DNA from: Epiperipatus broadwayi
Lineage: Eukaryota > Animalia > Onychophora
Reading direction: 5' to 3'
Length of the DNA stretch: 64,000 bases
Assembly (NCBI GenBank): GCA_028023455.1
Contig: JAQFVV010000003.1
Coordinates: 19,406,001 to 19,470,000 of the forward strand
The position numbers were made by a program, and so were the translations under genes. This document shows positions 28,801 to 41,141 of this stretch, one piece after another (positions within the stretch are counted from its first letter, which is position 1; every line of letters begins with the position of its first letter). The notes under the pieces are model-generated. The model ran no database searches. It was not told where the DNA came from and saw nothing but the letters and a program-made list of their open reading frames with translations.

Positions 28801-29624
28801 CACCGCTTGATCAATTGATTGTCCACAATCATTCTTCCATTCAATGAACTAAATTGAGATTACTGTATTTCTTTCTTTTCTCAACTGGGAATCAAGTTTG
28901 GAAATGTTTATTCCTCATCACTAAGTTAATTTTATTCAGAAAACCTAGTACAATTTAGCATAAAGTCCTAACCTAATCAGACTCTAAAGAGCTAATAATC
29001 CAAGTTTGTTCTTAATGTTTAATTGCTGAACAATGTGCTGGGTCATTTTTTAATGAAAAGTTTGGGCAAATAGGGCAAGTGATGAGTTAAATATACGCTA
29101 AAACTTTTCCTTTAATACTTAATTATCATATGACTTTTAACACAATGACTATACTGATATCTAAGACATAGTGAGAATGTTTGCATATTTTGGTTCCAAT
29201 ATTTAAATTTTAGTAATTGATTATAGTCACAGCATAGTGTGATAAGATTTCTGAATTAAATACTGAAAAAAAAAACAGCAAACAAAAAACATACCTATTA
29301 TGTTGTACAGAGATCAATAGGAGTGTGATATTATAAGGAATGACAACAACAAATGATTATTCCACATTTCAGAAAAGATTATTCATTGGAAATACCTCAG
29401 ACTTCACGTCAATTTGTTGTATATAATAGTGCCTAATTTTACACAATAGGCATTAGCCATTAGAGTGAAGAAATGTTCAATCTCTCAGGAACATAGAAAT
29501 TAAAAAGCATGATAAGTACTGCCTTCTCCACTATTCTTCTATGAGGGATTATTTGACTAGTAATAGGCTATTAAAAAACTATTATATCTAATTTACTTAC
29601 TTCATTATTATTACATAACCCTCA

Positions 29625-30005
29625 ATTCTGCCCCACCTGATCATACAGATGTTGAAAATGTGGACTTTGAACGTTTCATCATCAGATTTCAATGAAATGG
29701 ACGGCTGAAGATTTGTGGGTTGGAGTAGTTTGAAGCCTTTCCATTAAAGTATGAAGATTGGCTACCTTAATATAAAGCTGAGCACTGATTGTATATATGT
29801 GTGAGGAAAGTAATCTGGATCAACTGATGATTGCTGGTTTAGCATAAAATATGTATATTGATGATTATTTATCTTTTCAACATGTATATGGTCAGGTGGG
29901 TCAGCAATATGAGATGGCACGGAGAGTTGAGGGTTGTGTGAAAATCTGAGTTCGAATCCCTTATATTACATTATATATGTGCAGGTGTGTATAAGCCTGT
30001 ACAGT
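29625..30005 (+). mobile_element. Family D hammerhead-containing repeat, about one monomer
   Basis: Aligns along its length with 49033-49425 and 62935-63285. Confidence 0.85.
29812..29866 (+). ncRNA. Type I hammerhead ribozyme motif, family D (GAAA decayed to AAAA)
   Basis: ATCAA-CTGATGA-TTGCTG gtt TAGCAT-AAAA-TATGTA-TA-TTGAT. Confidence 0.75.
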
Positions 30006-30913
30006 GTATTAATTTACCTCATTATTATAACAGCTGTAAATTTAATTGTTACAAACTCCAAATGTTTTTTACATAACTTGTTATTATTATTTTACAATGA
30101 ATTGGTTTGAATGTACCTATTTGCCATCATTAGTTTCTAGAAATATAGAATTTAAATCATATTTATGTAAAAAGTATTTTATATATTTTATGATTGATAG
30201 ATACAGCAAAACAATTGATTGTAAAATAAAATGATCATATGAAGAAAAGTTTTTTTATTATATGCTAATCATTGGAGAATTATATAAAAAGCATTATTAG
30301 TTTATAAAGATGCAAATCTTGATATAACTGGGTAAGACATTGTGTTTTCCAATTTTTTTTGGTGCATTTGCCTAGAATATATGAATTGTGATTTATCATT
30401 CTTTCCTTTTTGTAGTGAATATCATGATATAACATTACATTATTTAATGATGATGATTATATATTTTTTGTTTTCAATAATTTTTGATTATTTTTCTTTT
30501 CCAACATTTCAATGAGCTAGCAATCTTCTTCAGAATTATAAAGTCTAAACCAGAGGATTATATAAAAAAAAAACTATCAGTTTTCTAAATATACAAGCTG
30601 TGTTACCTAAATGATTTCTAGTTTTCTTATTACAAAATTGTATAAAAGCATTTAATTAATAATCTCTTCATTATTATGACTGCATAATGCATTCAAGCAT
30701 TTTCAAAATAGCCATAGCCACCAATATCCTATTAGGCAGGATTGGTTTTAAGCCAATAAACATCACATGATCACCATTTCTTATGCTTGCTTATAACTAT
30801 TATTAAAACAGGCAAAAACTCATTATACCTATTGCCACTCAGCAAGTTAGAGTATTCACTGGATGCCAAAAGGCTTGTGCTTAAAATTGCCATCTAGTGC
30901 TACTCATCCAATA

Positions 30914-30958
30914 TCTCCAGATTAGTTTCTAGCTTGTGGCCTTCATCAGTGAGGAGCG
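30914..30958 (-). ncRNA. Type I hammerhead motif, family A (stem III mutated)
   Basis: Minus strand: TCCTCA-CTGATGA-A-GGC cacaa GCT-A-GAAA-CTAA-TC-TGGAGA. Confidence 0.7.
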
Positions 30959-31170
30959 TTGGATCTGAGAGCCTTGCACCTAGATCTTAGGATCTAATGC
31001 AACCCTCCAGCGGCCACCTTTTATCTCTACTTAACTACAAAACTATGAGCCTTAAATTGAAAACACCTTAATATTTTCAATCCAAGCCCATCAGCTTATA
31101 TAGTTATATAGGTCTGATCTCAGTTCACTACCCATACATTTTGGTGTCTAGGTGCAGTGCTCTCAGAGCC

Positions 31171-31222
31171 AAGGCTCCTCACTGATGAAGGCCACAAACC
31201 AGAAACTAGTCTGAGGATATTG
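31171..31222 (+). ncRNA. Type I hammerhead motif, family A
   Basis: TCCTCA-CTGATGA(31182-31188)-A-GGC cacaa ACC-A-GAAA-CTAG-TC(31210-31211)-TGAGGA. Stem I is 6 bp; stem III is the palindrome ACTAGT. Confidence 0.8.
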
Positions 31223-31621
31223 GATGAGTAGGCACTAGATGGGAATTTTATGCACAAGCCTTCTGGCATCCATTGATTATTCTAGCTTGCTGTGTGGCAA
31301 TATGTATTGTGAGTTTTTGCCTGTTTTAATAACAGTTATAAGCAAGCATAAGAAATGGTGATCATGTGATGTTTATTGGCTTAAAACCAATCCTGCCTAA
31401 TAGGATATTGGTGGCTATGGCTATTAAAGAACCAAAGACACCAAAATGTATGGGTACTGAACTGAGTTCAGACCTATATGACTATATAAACTGACGGGCT
31501 TGGATTAAAAATATTAAGGTGTTTCAATTTAAGACTTCTAGTTTTGTAGTTAAGTGAAGATAAAATATGGCTGCTGGAGGTTTGTATTAAATCCTAAGAT
31601 CTAGGTGCATTGCTTTCACAT

Positions 31622-31678
31622 CCAAGGCTCCTCACTGATGAAGTCCATAAGCCAGAAGAAACTAGTCTGGGGATATTG
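31622..31678 (+). ncRNA. Type I hammerhead motif, family A (3-nt duplication before GAAA)
   Basis: CCTCA-CTGATGA-AGTCCATAAGCC-AGAA-GAAA-CTAG-TC(31666-31667)-TGGGG. Confidence 0.7.
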
Positions 31679-34127
31679 GATGAGTAGGTACTAGATAGGG
31701 ATTTTATGCACAAGCCTTCTGGCATCCATTGATTACTCTAGTTTGCTGTGTGTAAATACGTATAGTGAGTTTTTGCCTGTTTTAATAACATTTTCAAAAT
31801 GTAAACATCCATTTTCAACATAATATTAACAGACATCTATGCAGTCTATACATGTGCTTTTTACACCCTCATTTTCATATTTTTTTCTACTTTCCATAAA
31901 TGTAAGTTATTTTTCTATGATAAAAAATAAAAATTTTATGATAATTTTTGTGATCAAATAAACTGAATTTTTTTGTGTTTCTCTCTTTTTTTTTTTTGAT
32001 AGTTACTGGAAAAGATTTCACCCCGAAAAATATATCAGTAAAAACTTTTACTTTTTCTGATATATTTTGAAGACAACGTTATGCAGGGCCCAATGGTAAA
32101 TATTTATTTTTCTATATTTTTAAATTAATTTTTATATATTTTTCCCAATGGTAAGTATTTATTTTTCTATATTTTTTAATAATTATTAATTTTTATATAT
32201 TTTTTTAATTATTATTTTTTTATATATATTTGACAAAAATTTACAAAAAAATTATTATTGAAATTAATATATATATATATAAAATAGATTGTGATTATCT
32301 GCATTTTTTTCTATGATATGAGTTTAGCTTCAATATTTGAATTAGATGATATCAAATAAAAATAAACATGTTTTCCAAATATTATGACCTGATTTAGATT
32401 TTTCTATAATATATTGTACGCAAATGCTAAAAGTAAAGATTTTGACAGTATATATAAAAACTACTAGCTCATGAACCTCAAGCTTAACTCTATAACAAAT
32501 TAAGTATTTCATTCACTTTTTATTTTATTTTATTATTTTGTATATAGTGACTACTTTTAATAAATTACAAACTGTACTGAAATTCTTTATTATAATATTC
32601 AAATTATACTAATTATTGATCAATATTAACTACTTGTTTTTAGGAATGACATATACCTTGCAAACCCCTGTATGGAAATACATTTTGAAGGGTTACAGAG
32701 AAAAAGGAAAATACTAATGTCTTTATTCTATGAAGTTTTCAAGTGATGGATTACCTTAGATAAGTGTTATTATATACTAATTTTTTAAAAATTTTATGAT
32801 GAGTTCAACTAACCTACTAACAAAAATATAATTTTAAGTTGTATGCATGATAATTTAGAATTTATAAAATAATATGAAAATAATTATTAGAAATATTAAC
32901 TTTATATCAATGACTATATTTTTTTCAGCTTAATTACATTCTTTTGTTTTTGATTTTTAAAATAATATATATTATGTCTTTTTTTAGTAATACAAACATA
33001 TATTATGATAAAATTTGTGGCTTAACATAATTTTTTAAATATTCAATATGGCTACATCAGTGTATTAAATAATGGACTATCATTTATAGCTCGAAAGAAA
33101 AGTTGGCAAACAAAAAAGTTTGAAACTGTTCATCAGTATACTATGCATCAATAATAATAAATAGATATTAAAATTGTAATCATATGATGTAGGCAGCCAC
33201 TAAAACAGTCTTTAATTATCCATATAAGCAATATAACTGACAACCTGTGTTTCAATGGTACTATTTCAGAGACTGTCATTTAAGTAGTATTTATGAACTA
33301 TAATTTCATATTCTCGTAAATAAAGAACATCCGAGAGTTTCATATTGTGTATTTATATTAAAAGCTCTCTCACATACATTCCTACATTATTAATTATATG
33401 CAAGTTTTCTATCCCTGTCTATTTTGCAATATAATCCAATATTAAATCACTTCTGCCCTATCCATACTTTTTTCAATAGTAGTATGAAAGAGCCTCATGG
33501 AATATATAATTATGGCATCCAACTTCTATTCCTATCATGATCTGAATTCAAATTCAGATAAATCTTGACCTTTTTTTTGCTTTTAAACAGCTGAGATTTC
33601 TTAAATGAGCAGTTCAAGATATTTTTCAGGCAGTCAGATTACTGCCAACCCAGGCACCTACCCATTATCAATTGTTAAATGAATATCTAACTACTGTTAA
33701 CTAAATAATAAACATTATAAAATAACAAGGGGTGTTCAGATGAATATTAATGTGCTGATTATAAAAGAAAAATGTGATTGAAAACTGGAGTAGCCTTAAA
33801 TTGAGCTTATTATTTATTTTAAAAGTAATAGTAGTGCTGCTATTCAGTAATGCAGTTTTAAAAACTTTTCCTATAAGGTTAATTACAGTGGAGTTGTGAT
33901 ACTTACTATATTTAATTTAAACTCTTCTCACATACATTAAACATAATACAATAGCTCACATTTTGTCAATAAGTTTTAATTACCATAGAATATGTACTGT
34001 TTCTGAATTCCTTGAATAAAGTATTTTTCAACATGCACTTCTGAATTAAGATTATAGTACAAACAAAATTTAAAAAAATAATATAATAACAGTAATAATA
34101 AAAATATAGTTATAAATAATAAATTTA

Positions 34128-34339
34128 GGACATTTTGCTAATAGATGGACAATTGAAATCTTAAACCAGATTCCAAGAGATTGTAAAAGACCCAGAAAGA
34201 GACCACATATGAGATGGATGGATGAAATAAGAAAGTGTGCAGGGGTTATGTGGAGAAGAGAAGCTAAAGATCAGAGAAGATGAATTGAACTTGGAGAGAC
34301 CTTCATCCTGTAGTGGATTGATAATGGTTAATGATGATT
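34128..34339 (+). mobile_element. RTE 3'-end fragment
   Basis: Closely matches the reverse complement of ~15045-15270 and ends in gataatggttaatgatgat. Confidence 0.9.
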
Positions 34340-34754
34340 ACTAAAAAACTTACTTTTTGTAAAAAATAGTGTATTGTCAGACTTTCATAACAACTAAACA
34401 TGTCCTGGACAATATTTTTTTTCTCCAATACTTTTTTCTTCTACAGAAATGCCTTACTATCTAAGACTATTGCCTTTAATAGTTGTTTTGATAGTTTAAT
34501 TTTGTATTGACTTCAGAATCTAGATAGTCACCCCAACACAAAAATGTTTATAGTTCTTTTTTTTCAACCACTATTAAATTAATAATTTTCATTTTATCAC
34601 TTAAGAAAGGTACTTTATGAATTGTCTTAAATTTCACAAAAGTTTTAATTTTGCACTTAGAAACATTTTATTATACAAAATACTGTAATGCAAAAAACAT
34701 TAAAAAAAAAAAAAATTGTATGTATTTTTAATGTAACTAAAAAAATATTAATAA

Positions 34755-34991
34755 GCAATAAATGTCACATGATCATTATTCTTTATGCTTACACAAACTG
34801 TTTACGCCTACTCATCCATTGCTCTCAGATCCAAGATTCCTCACTATTGAAAGTCACAAGTTAAAAAATAGTCTGAGGATACTGGATGAGTAGGTACTAA
34901 ATAGGGATTTTATGCACAAACCTTCTTGCATCCATTGATTACTCTAGATTGCACTGAGTGATGCTACTGTATGGAGAGTTTAGCCTCTGTG
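34755..34991. mobile_element. Family A insertion with decayed hammerhead, 12-bp TSD
   Basis: AAATATTAATAA at 34743-34754 and 34992-35003. A short inverted head is followed by a sense segment with cctcactattgaaagtcacaagttaaaaaatagtctgagg. Confidence 0.8.
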
Positions 34992-36731
34992 AAATATTAA
35001 TAAATTTGATTGTGTAGTATTTTGAGATGGAAAAATCGCTACTGCCATTAAATTTGCAAATATATAGTATTTTAATTTTTTGTTTATTTACATTTTTTTT
35101 TTTGGATAGCATATAATTGAAATATAGTATATATTGATATGGCACATATTGTGGCTTCACTGTATAGCTCTGAGATTTATATATTTGTGATTCAAATCCA
35201 GGCAAATATGATTTAAACATTTTTCAGGTTCCATATTTTCTTTCATGTAATTGCTATGGCCAAGTCTGTTAGCCATCTAAAATTGATTTTCTAATAGGTA
35301 TTCAAAAATTATTAACTAGACAGTAAAATAAAAATGAAGAAATCTTTAAATTTTTATTACCAATATTTGACATGCCAAACTAATATGATTCCTTACATGT
35401 TCTCATTTTGAAAGATTACTGGAGAAGATACTATCCTGCAATGGGCTATCTAAATACAAAATTCACTTATTTTTTTACTCAAAATACATCACTGCTGTAC
35501 AGATCTCATCATGTCTAAAGAACAACAATTTTATTTTCAGAGAAATCTTTGTACAAAATTAATTTACCAGTACAAGTTATTCTATTATCAATCAGAAGTA
35601 ATATATGAGTAAAATAGTGAGATTACAAAGTTCAATGACCTTAAAAATATATAACTATTCACAAAAAATTATATTTCATTGCAGCCTTAACTTACAAAAA
35701 TTTTTGACTCAATTTATGAACTTCACATTCAAAATATAAAGTAATACAAGGCTGAATCTTTAGAAAAAATTGACTAAAAACCTAAACAAGTTGGGATGGC
35801 ATGCCACAATTTTCATTTATTATATTGTACATCTTCAAGTTTAACTTCAACAAGAACTTAACTGGTATTTGAGTAAGGTAAAAACTGGATAATGATCATT
35901 TTATTTAAAATGCATATTAAAAAAAAATTACTAATAGTGTTTCTTGTTTTAAAGTTGCAAATACACAATAACTTATCTGCAAGAGATGCAAATAAAATAA
36001 CCACAACGACTTGAGAAAACTAATTTCAAAATTAGAAAATTGATTATTCATAACACTATATAAATATATATAATACTAGATATTGTGACATAAAATATTA
36101 TTAATATATTCAGCATGATGATCTCTCCAAGTGTTAATCTATATACATCAGTCACCTATAACACATATTGTTATTTTAATTGTAATAAAAAGAGAGAAAA
36201 ACAAAAAGAATTTTAATTCCAAAAAAAAAAAAAAGAGAGAGAAAAATAAAAAGAATAAGTTAAAAGTTAAGTTTTGCAATATTTATACTGTACAACTCGA
36301 GAGGCATGGATGTAGCATATATAATTTTTAGTTTGTTCATTTTGAAAAACTGCCCTTCAACTCATTATATCACAAACTTTTTGCCCTGAAAAACTTCAAT
36401 ACTTTACCTAAGTACTGCTTTCTCTATCCCTACTCATATCCTCCCAATAAAATAATTAACATCATATCCCCTTAGAATGTCTGAGATAATCTTTACAATA
36501 TTAACAAAGTTCGGCTCTCATATACACAAAATAAAAATAAATTCAAGTTCACCATGAAATACTTTTCAATGCCCTTTCCAACAGAGATAATAGATTTAAT
36601 ACCATCATATCTACCAAACTAAAGAATATACCAACTGAAACACAGCATTCTTAAATAAAACCTTTCTTATGTGTTTATATTACATTATTAGCAAGCTGTA
36701 TAAAATAAATTTATGTACAAATAATAATAAT

Positions 36732-36839
36732 AAGTGAATAATTTATTGCTCAGGAATTCATAAAAAGTGTGAATACTGGAAGTTACTTGCAAAATTGGGC
36801 TGCAATCCACAACTTGAACTTTCTAACACTGCACCAATA
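36732..36839 (-). mobile_element. tRNA-derived SINE (family E)
   Basis: The reverse complement starts tattggtgcagtgttagaa and ends tttttatgaattcctgagcaataaattattcactt. Confidence 0.6.
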
Positions 36840-38199
36840 ATGCAGAGCTATATACAAATAATTCAGTTCTATCATTATGATGAAATAATCTATATTTAAA
36901 CTTGTTAAATGCAACCACATTCCAGTCCACATCACAGTTCAAAAGTTTGTTTTTCTATCTAAATGAAGTTTATAAATTATTTAAACTGAATCACATTCTC
37001 AAACTGACAAAAAATTACTGAAAACTTTTCTTCTGTTACTGGATGATAAAATAATACTAAATACTAATAAAAACTTTTTAAATATTATTAGTTGATAAAA
37101 TAATACTAATTACTAAATAAAAGTCTTTATAGCTAGTATTCAATACATTAAGAATATTATATAACTGATCTTTTAAATAGTTAGAAAGTCCAACCATCAA
37201 TAAACTATGGACATATACTTATCTTTAAATTTCTTGATTATTCTCTCTCTTTTTGTCTATTTTAAAATTCTATGTAACAGTTTTGATTTAAGTTATCATT
37301 AATGCACATATGTTAAATTCTATAATATCTGTTTGTCATATGGTGGAAATAACTAAATAACAGAATATTATCACTAAACAATAATATTTGATGAATATTG
37401 ATGATAATTTGTCTCCTTAAGAGCACTTTTAAAACAATTTATCATAATGTTTCAATATTTATAGCAGTATCACAAATCATATTTACCCTTTTCGCTATGA
37501 AGATATATTAAATCAAACATTGGCATTTTTATTTATCTATTTATAAATACCTAGATTGTAAATATTTTAGTCTTTATAAGAAAAGAGGCAAAGTAGAAGA
37601 TATTATGTAGTTACTTACATAACAAAAAAATAACAGTTTAAATATAATAATAATTGAGTTTGATATTTAGACATATAGGTTAATAGTTTTAAAGGAACTT
37701 ATTTTCTATGGATACATTTACTCAGTAAATGTAATCAAATAAAATTTAATTAATTCAACATTGACAAATAGCTTTCTATGACTGGTTAATTGTTGAGCTA
37801 TTTAAAAACTTATTCTTGATTGCCATTTCATTTTGCAAAGAAATTCTGCTATGTAGAGACATTCTGTCTTTAATTTTTTTAATTTTTCTGATGTCTGCTT
37901 TCCAATAAGTTGAAAATATTATGATGAATCCTTGTCTAGTAACAAAAATATTAATGTATAAGTATTCATTTAGTATAGCTAAAATGTCAGTGTATAATAA
38001 TCATAATGCTATGGCATTTAATGCAATAACAAAATAAGATGCTTGTCAGCATTTGCTAAATGTGCAAGATTCAAAAATTATTTCTTTTTTTTTGTTTCTT
38101 ATTTTGATTATGATGGCTATGCATTAATGATAAAAGTAAATTGCCCTGTGCATGTAACACAAAGATAAAGTAATGGATTCCAGAGTGAAAAGTTCAAAG

Positions 38200-38460
38200 A
38201 GCAGTTATCTTTATCACAAACTAAAACCACCTACTGTAAGCTTGCTTAATCAATAGATACAATATAATATAATGCAATAAAATCCCCATTTCAGACAAAT
38301 CAGTTTTTAGTTCTTGCCTTCATTAAAGAAGCTGTAGTATAGTGCTAGAAAATCTTATCCAGATTGCTTTTATCACTGAAGATTAGTTTATTTTTCAACA
38401 AATAGTGAATACTAGACTTCACTATCTGGATCATTGATTATTCAAGCTTGCAGCATATAG
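38200..38460. repeat. Old, diverged family-A-related fold-back
   Basis: taatcaatagatac..atgcaataaaatcccc..cagac..agtttttagttcttgccttcatta parallels family A. Inverted cattgattattcaagcttgcag lies at ~38434-38455; a similar segment lies at ~44260-44400. Confidence 0.4.
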
Positions 38461-40029
38461 CTCTAGAATATGATGAAGATAATTATTTTTTATAATATAT
38501 GAAAGGAATATAATGTTAGAGTTAAAGGTTTCTTTAGGTTGAAACTCACCCTATCACTTCAGAGCTCAAATGGCATATGACCCCCTATGCAATTAAATAT
38601 TAAAATATTTATGTATACAATAAAATGAACATATAGCACTCAAATTGTGACACACTGTAGTTTGTAGTGTGCAAGCAGCAATTATGCAACACAATAAGAA
38701 CAATTCACACAATCACGGCTACAAAAGAATTAACTATTATAAACAAATAAGCCTAGTTGTATTCCAATAACACTTTATTTGTAGACCATGTACTGTGAAT
38801 TTTAGTGTGGTAATAGAGTGATTAACTTAAAACAAAAGGTTCTTTAATCAATTTCTTCTCTGAATAAAGTAAATAAAAAAATATCTCTGACTATCAACTG
38901 AATTGAACTATTGCAGACAGCCTACCACTAGTATGTTCAAATGTCAAATGACCTTCTAAGAAACTAACCATTTTATTATAAATTATACATGGGTTCTGAA
39001 TATTCAAATTTCATAAAATTTTCATGTTATCACAAAATATTATTTTTATATGCCAATTGTTTAACAACTTAAAACAAGAAAAACTTCAGGCAGGATTAGA
39101 TTAAAAAATAAAAATTTTGAGAGAGGGGGGAAGATGATAATTAACAATATATTTACACATTGATAATTTTTTCTGAAACCATCTTCTGTGGTTTTTGATT
39201 TTAGTTTTGGCATAAACTTTGTCTGGAATTATTTGAAGTAGCAATTATACAGGAAATGAAAATACTCTTTGCTTGAATGCTCTATTCTCTTAATCATTGT
39301 ACATGAAACTACACACAAATAGGATTTGCTAATGTTTGTGGTAATACTGAAAACTATATTAGACAGGACTTTATGAAACAGGATTTATACGAAATAATTA
39401 AGTATTAGTGTTCATATTCTATGCTATATAGTCTACAAAAATTTTATTGTTAAAAAAAAAATTAGTTGTTTCCTGAATAAATTTAAAAATATATATAAAT
39501 TCTATTTCATCATGCACACTTCAAATATGTGAAGTAGGACATCTGAAAAAATATGTAACAGACATAAAAGTTTTAGATGTATCTAAGGTGTTACACATGG
39601 AAAAAATGAGAATTGGAGTTATATTAATAATATCACATTTTTTTACTGAATAAAAATAGATATATTCATCTTAAATTAAGTTTAAAGTTTAACTTTAAAA
39701 TTTGCTAAAAATAATGTGATAATTTCAAGCCTAATAAATGATTGGTAATAATCATTAATGTACTTATTGAAATAGGATGTTAAAATTATTTCTATTACAA
39801 AAAACATTTCTAAATGAATACCTTTATCTTGACTTGATCTTCAAAATTACTTATGGAAAAGAAGCATAATGACTAAAAAAAAAAAAAAAAAGAAATTATT
39901 AAATTTCCAAACTCAAAATAGTCACAACACTACTATAATAATAAAATTAAACAATATCAAATACTTAACATAAATGCTTACCATTCAATAACATTTTCTG
40001 TCAATTTAATATTAAATATTGTGATTATC

Positions 40030-40500
40030 TAAATAATTCTTGGTTAGGGAAAATAAAACAGCAAGAGAAAAATCATAAGAACCATCATCAAACAATAACT
40101 TGATGAGTAAGGTCTTTTCCGTCATTGGTTGTAGAGTGATGAAAAGACTTTTTTCATAGGGCATATCTGAGACTGATTTACCCATGATAATATCCAGAAT
40201 TATAGGGTAACATAATGCCATTTTTCTACTGTTAGTGAACAATATTAAAAGTTATTGCTGCTAATACTATTATCCCAATAAATTGTTATATTAGTGATAA
40301 TATAAAAAAATATAATAAAACTTTGCCATAATACACTACTGATCTTCAATTCATTTATGTAAGTTTTGTTCTCTTTATTTTTAGGCGAGACATATTCCAA
40401 TATTTTTCTTGACTAACAGTACTTTGATTTTGCTTTCTAAAATATTAAATAGAAAAGTTGTAATTTTATTTCTTGTGTTGAAGATTTGCAGAGGTCCCTA
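40030..40500 (-). mobile_element. Possible Penelope-like reverse transcriptase fossil
   Basis: Mostly one minus frame with stops: PLQIF..TTFL..KVLL, IKRT, LLYFFILSL (cf. LVSFDVxSL), FNIVH*Q*KNGIM (cf. FNxxxYxQxxGxxMG), then PIILDIIM and LFDD. The order fits PLE RT but identity is low. Confidence 0.4.
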
Positions 40501-40820
40501 TAATGGCAAATTTAATGCTTAGGTGCATAGTATTAATGTTATAACCTTAAGTATATATGTACTTACGTGCTGTATATGCGCTTAATAAATTAATATTTAC
40601 AATTTTTAGTGATTTGAGAAAACTCTTGCTATTAAAATTTCACAAAACACATTTCATTTTCTTTATTCTGCTCTTAATGTTATTTTTTTCATTCAGATAC
40701 ATTTAGACTAATGACAACATCAGTAATACTGCAGAAATACAATAAAACACATGAGTTTCAACTAATTCTTTTAATACAGATTGGTGATTAATAATATATT
40801 TAAATAATAATAATCTAATA

Positions 40821-40934
40821 GTTTATTGCCCAGGAGTTCATAAGAAGTTTGAGACAAGAGAGACAAAGTTGTGATGCAATCTATAAATCTAGGATTCCAG
40901 AGTCTGCTACCCTAACCCTGAACTAAACCATATA
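40821..40934 (-). mobile_element. tRNA-derived SINE (family E)
   Basis: Reverse complement tatggtttagttcagggttagggtagcagactctggaatcc...ctcaaacttcttatgaactcctgggcaataaac. Confidence 0.65.
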
Positions 40935-41105
40935 AGGTATGTATTTAAATAAAATATAGCTAAAAAGACTTAGTAAAATCCACTTTATAAAATTTTCTGA
41001 TTGAGCATTAAAATGAACTCATTAGAATGTTTTGATGCAATAATTCATAAATGCTAATACTGTACATGTAAATTCATTCAAAAATTAAAGTCTTTTATCA
41101 TCAAA

Positions 41106-41108
41106 AAA

Positions 41109-41139
<31 letters not shown>

Positions 41140-41141
41140 AT
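41106..41141 (+). repeat. (AAAT)9 microsatellite
   Basis: Read directly. Confidence 0.95.

Larger units (their letters stand above)
30710..31788. mobile_element. Family A Penelope-like/retrozyme insertion: inverted copy + partial tandem dimer, 12-bp TSD
   Basis: CATTTTCAAAAT at 30698-30709 and 31789-31800. 30710-31148 is the reverse complement of sequence repeated within 31147-31788. It contains three hammerhead motifs. Confidence 0.9.

Noticed and set aside
30698-31800. CRISPR array or prokaryotic system
   Set aside because: Repeats are long, diverged and inverted without unique spacers; no cas or operon-like ORFs exist anywhere in the window, which is eukaryotic.
31990-32205. Apparent exon (tttttgatag...CCAATG|gtaa) with a duplicated donor
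   Set aside because: All three frames contain stops; the second donor is part of a ~55-bp local tandem duplication.
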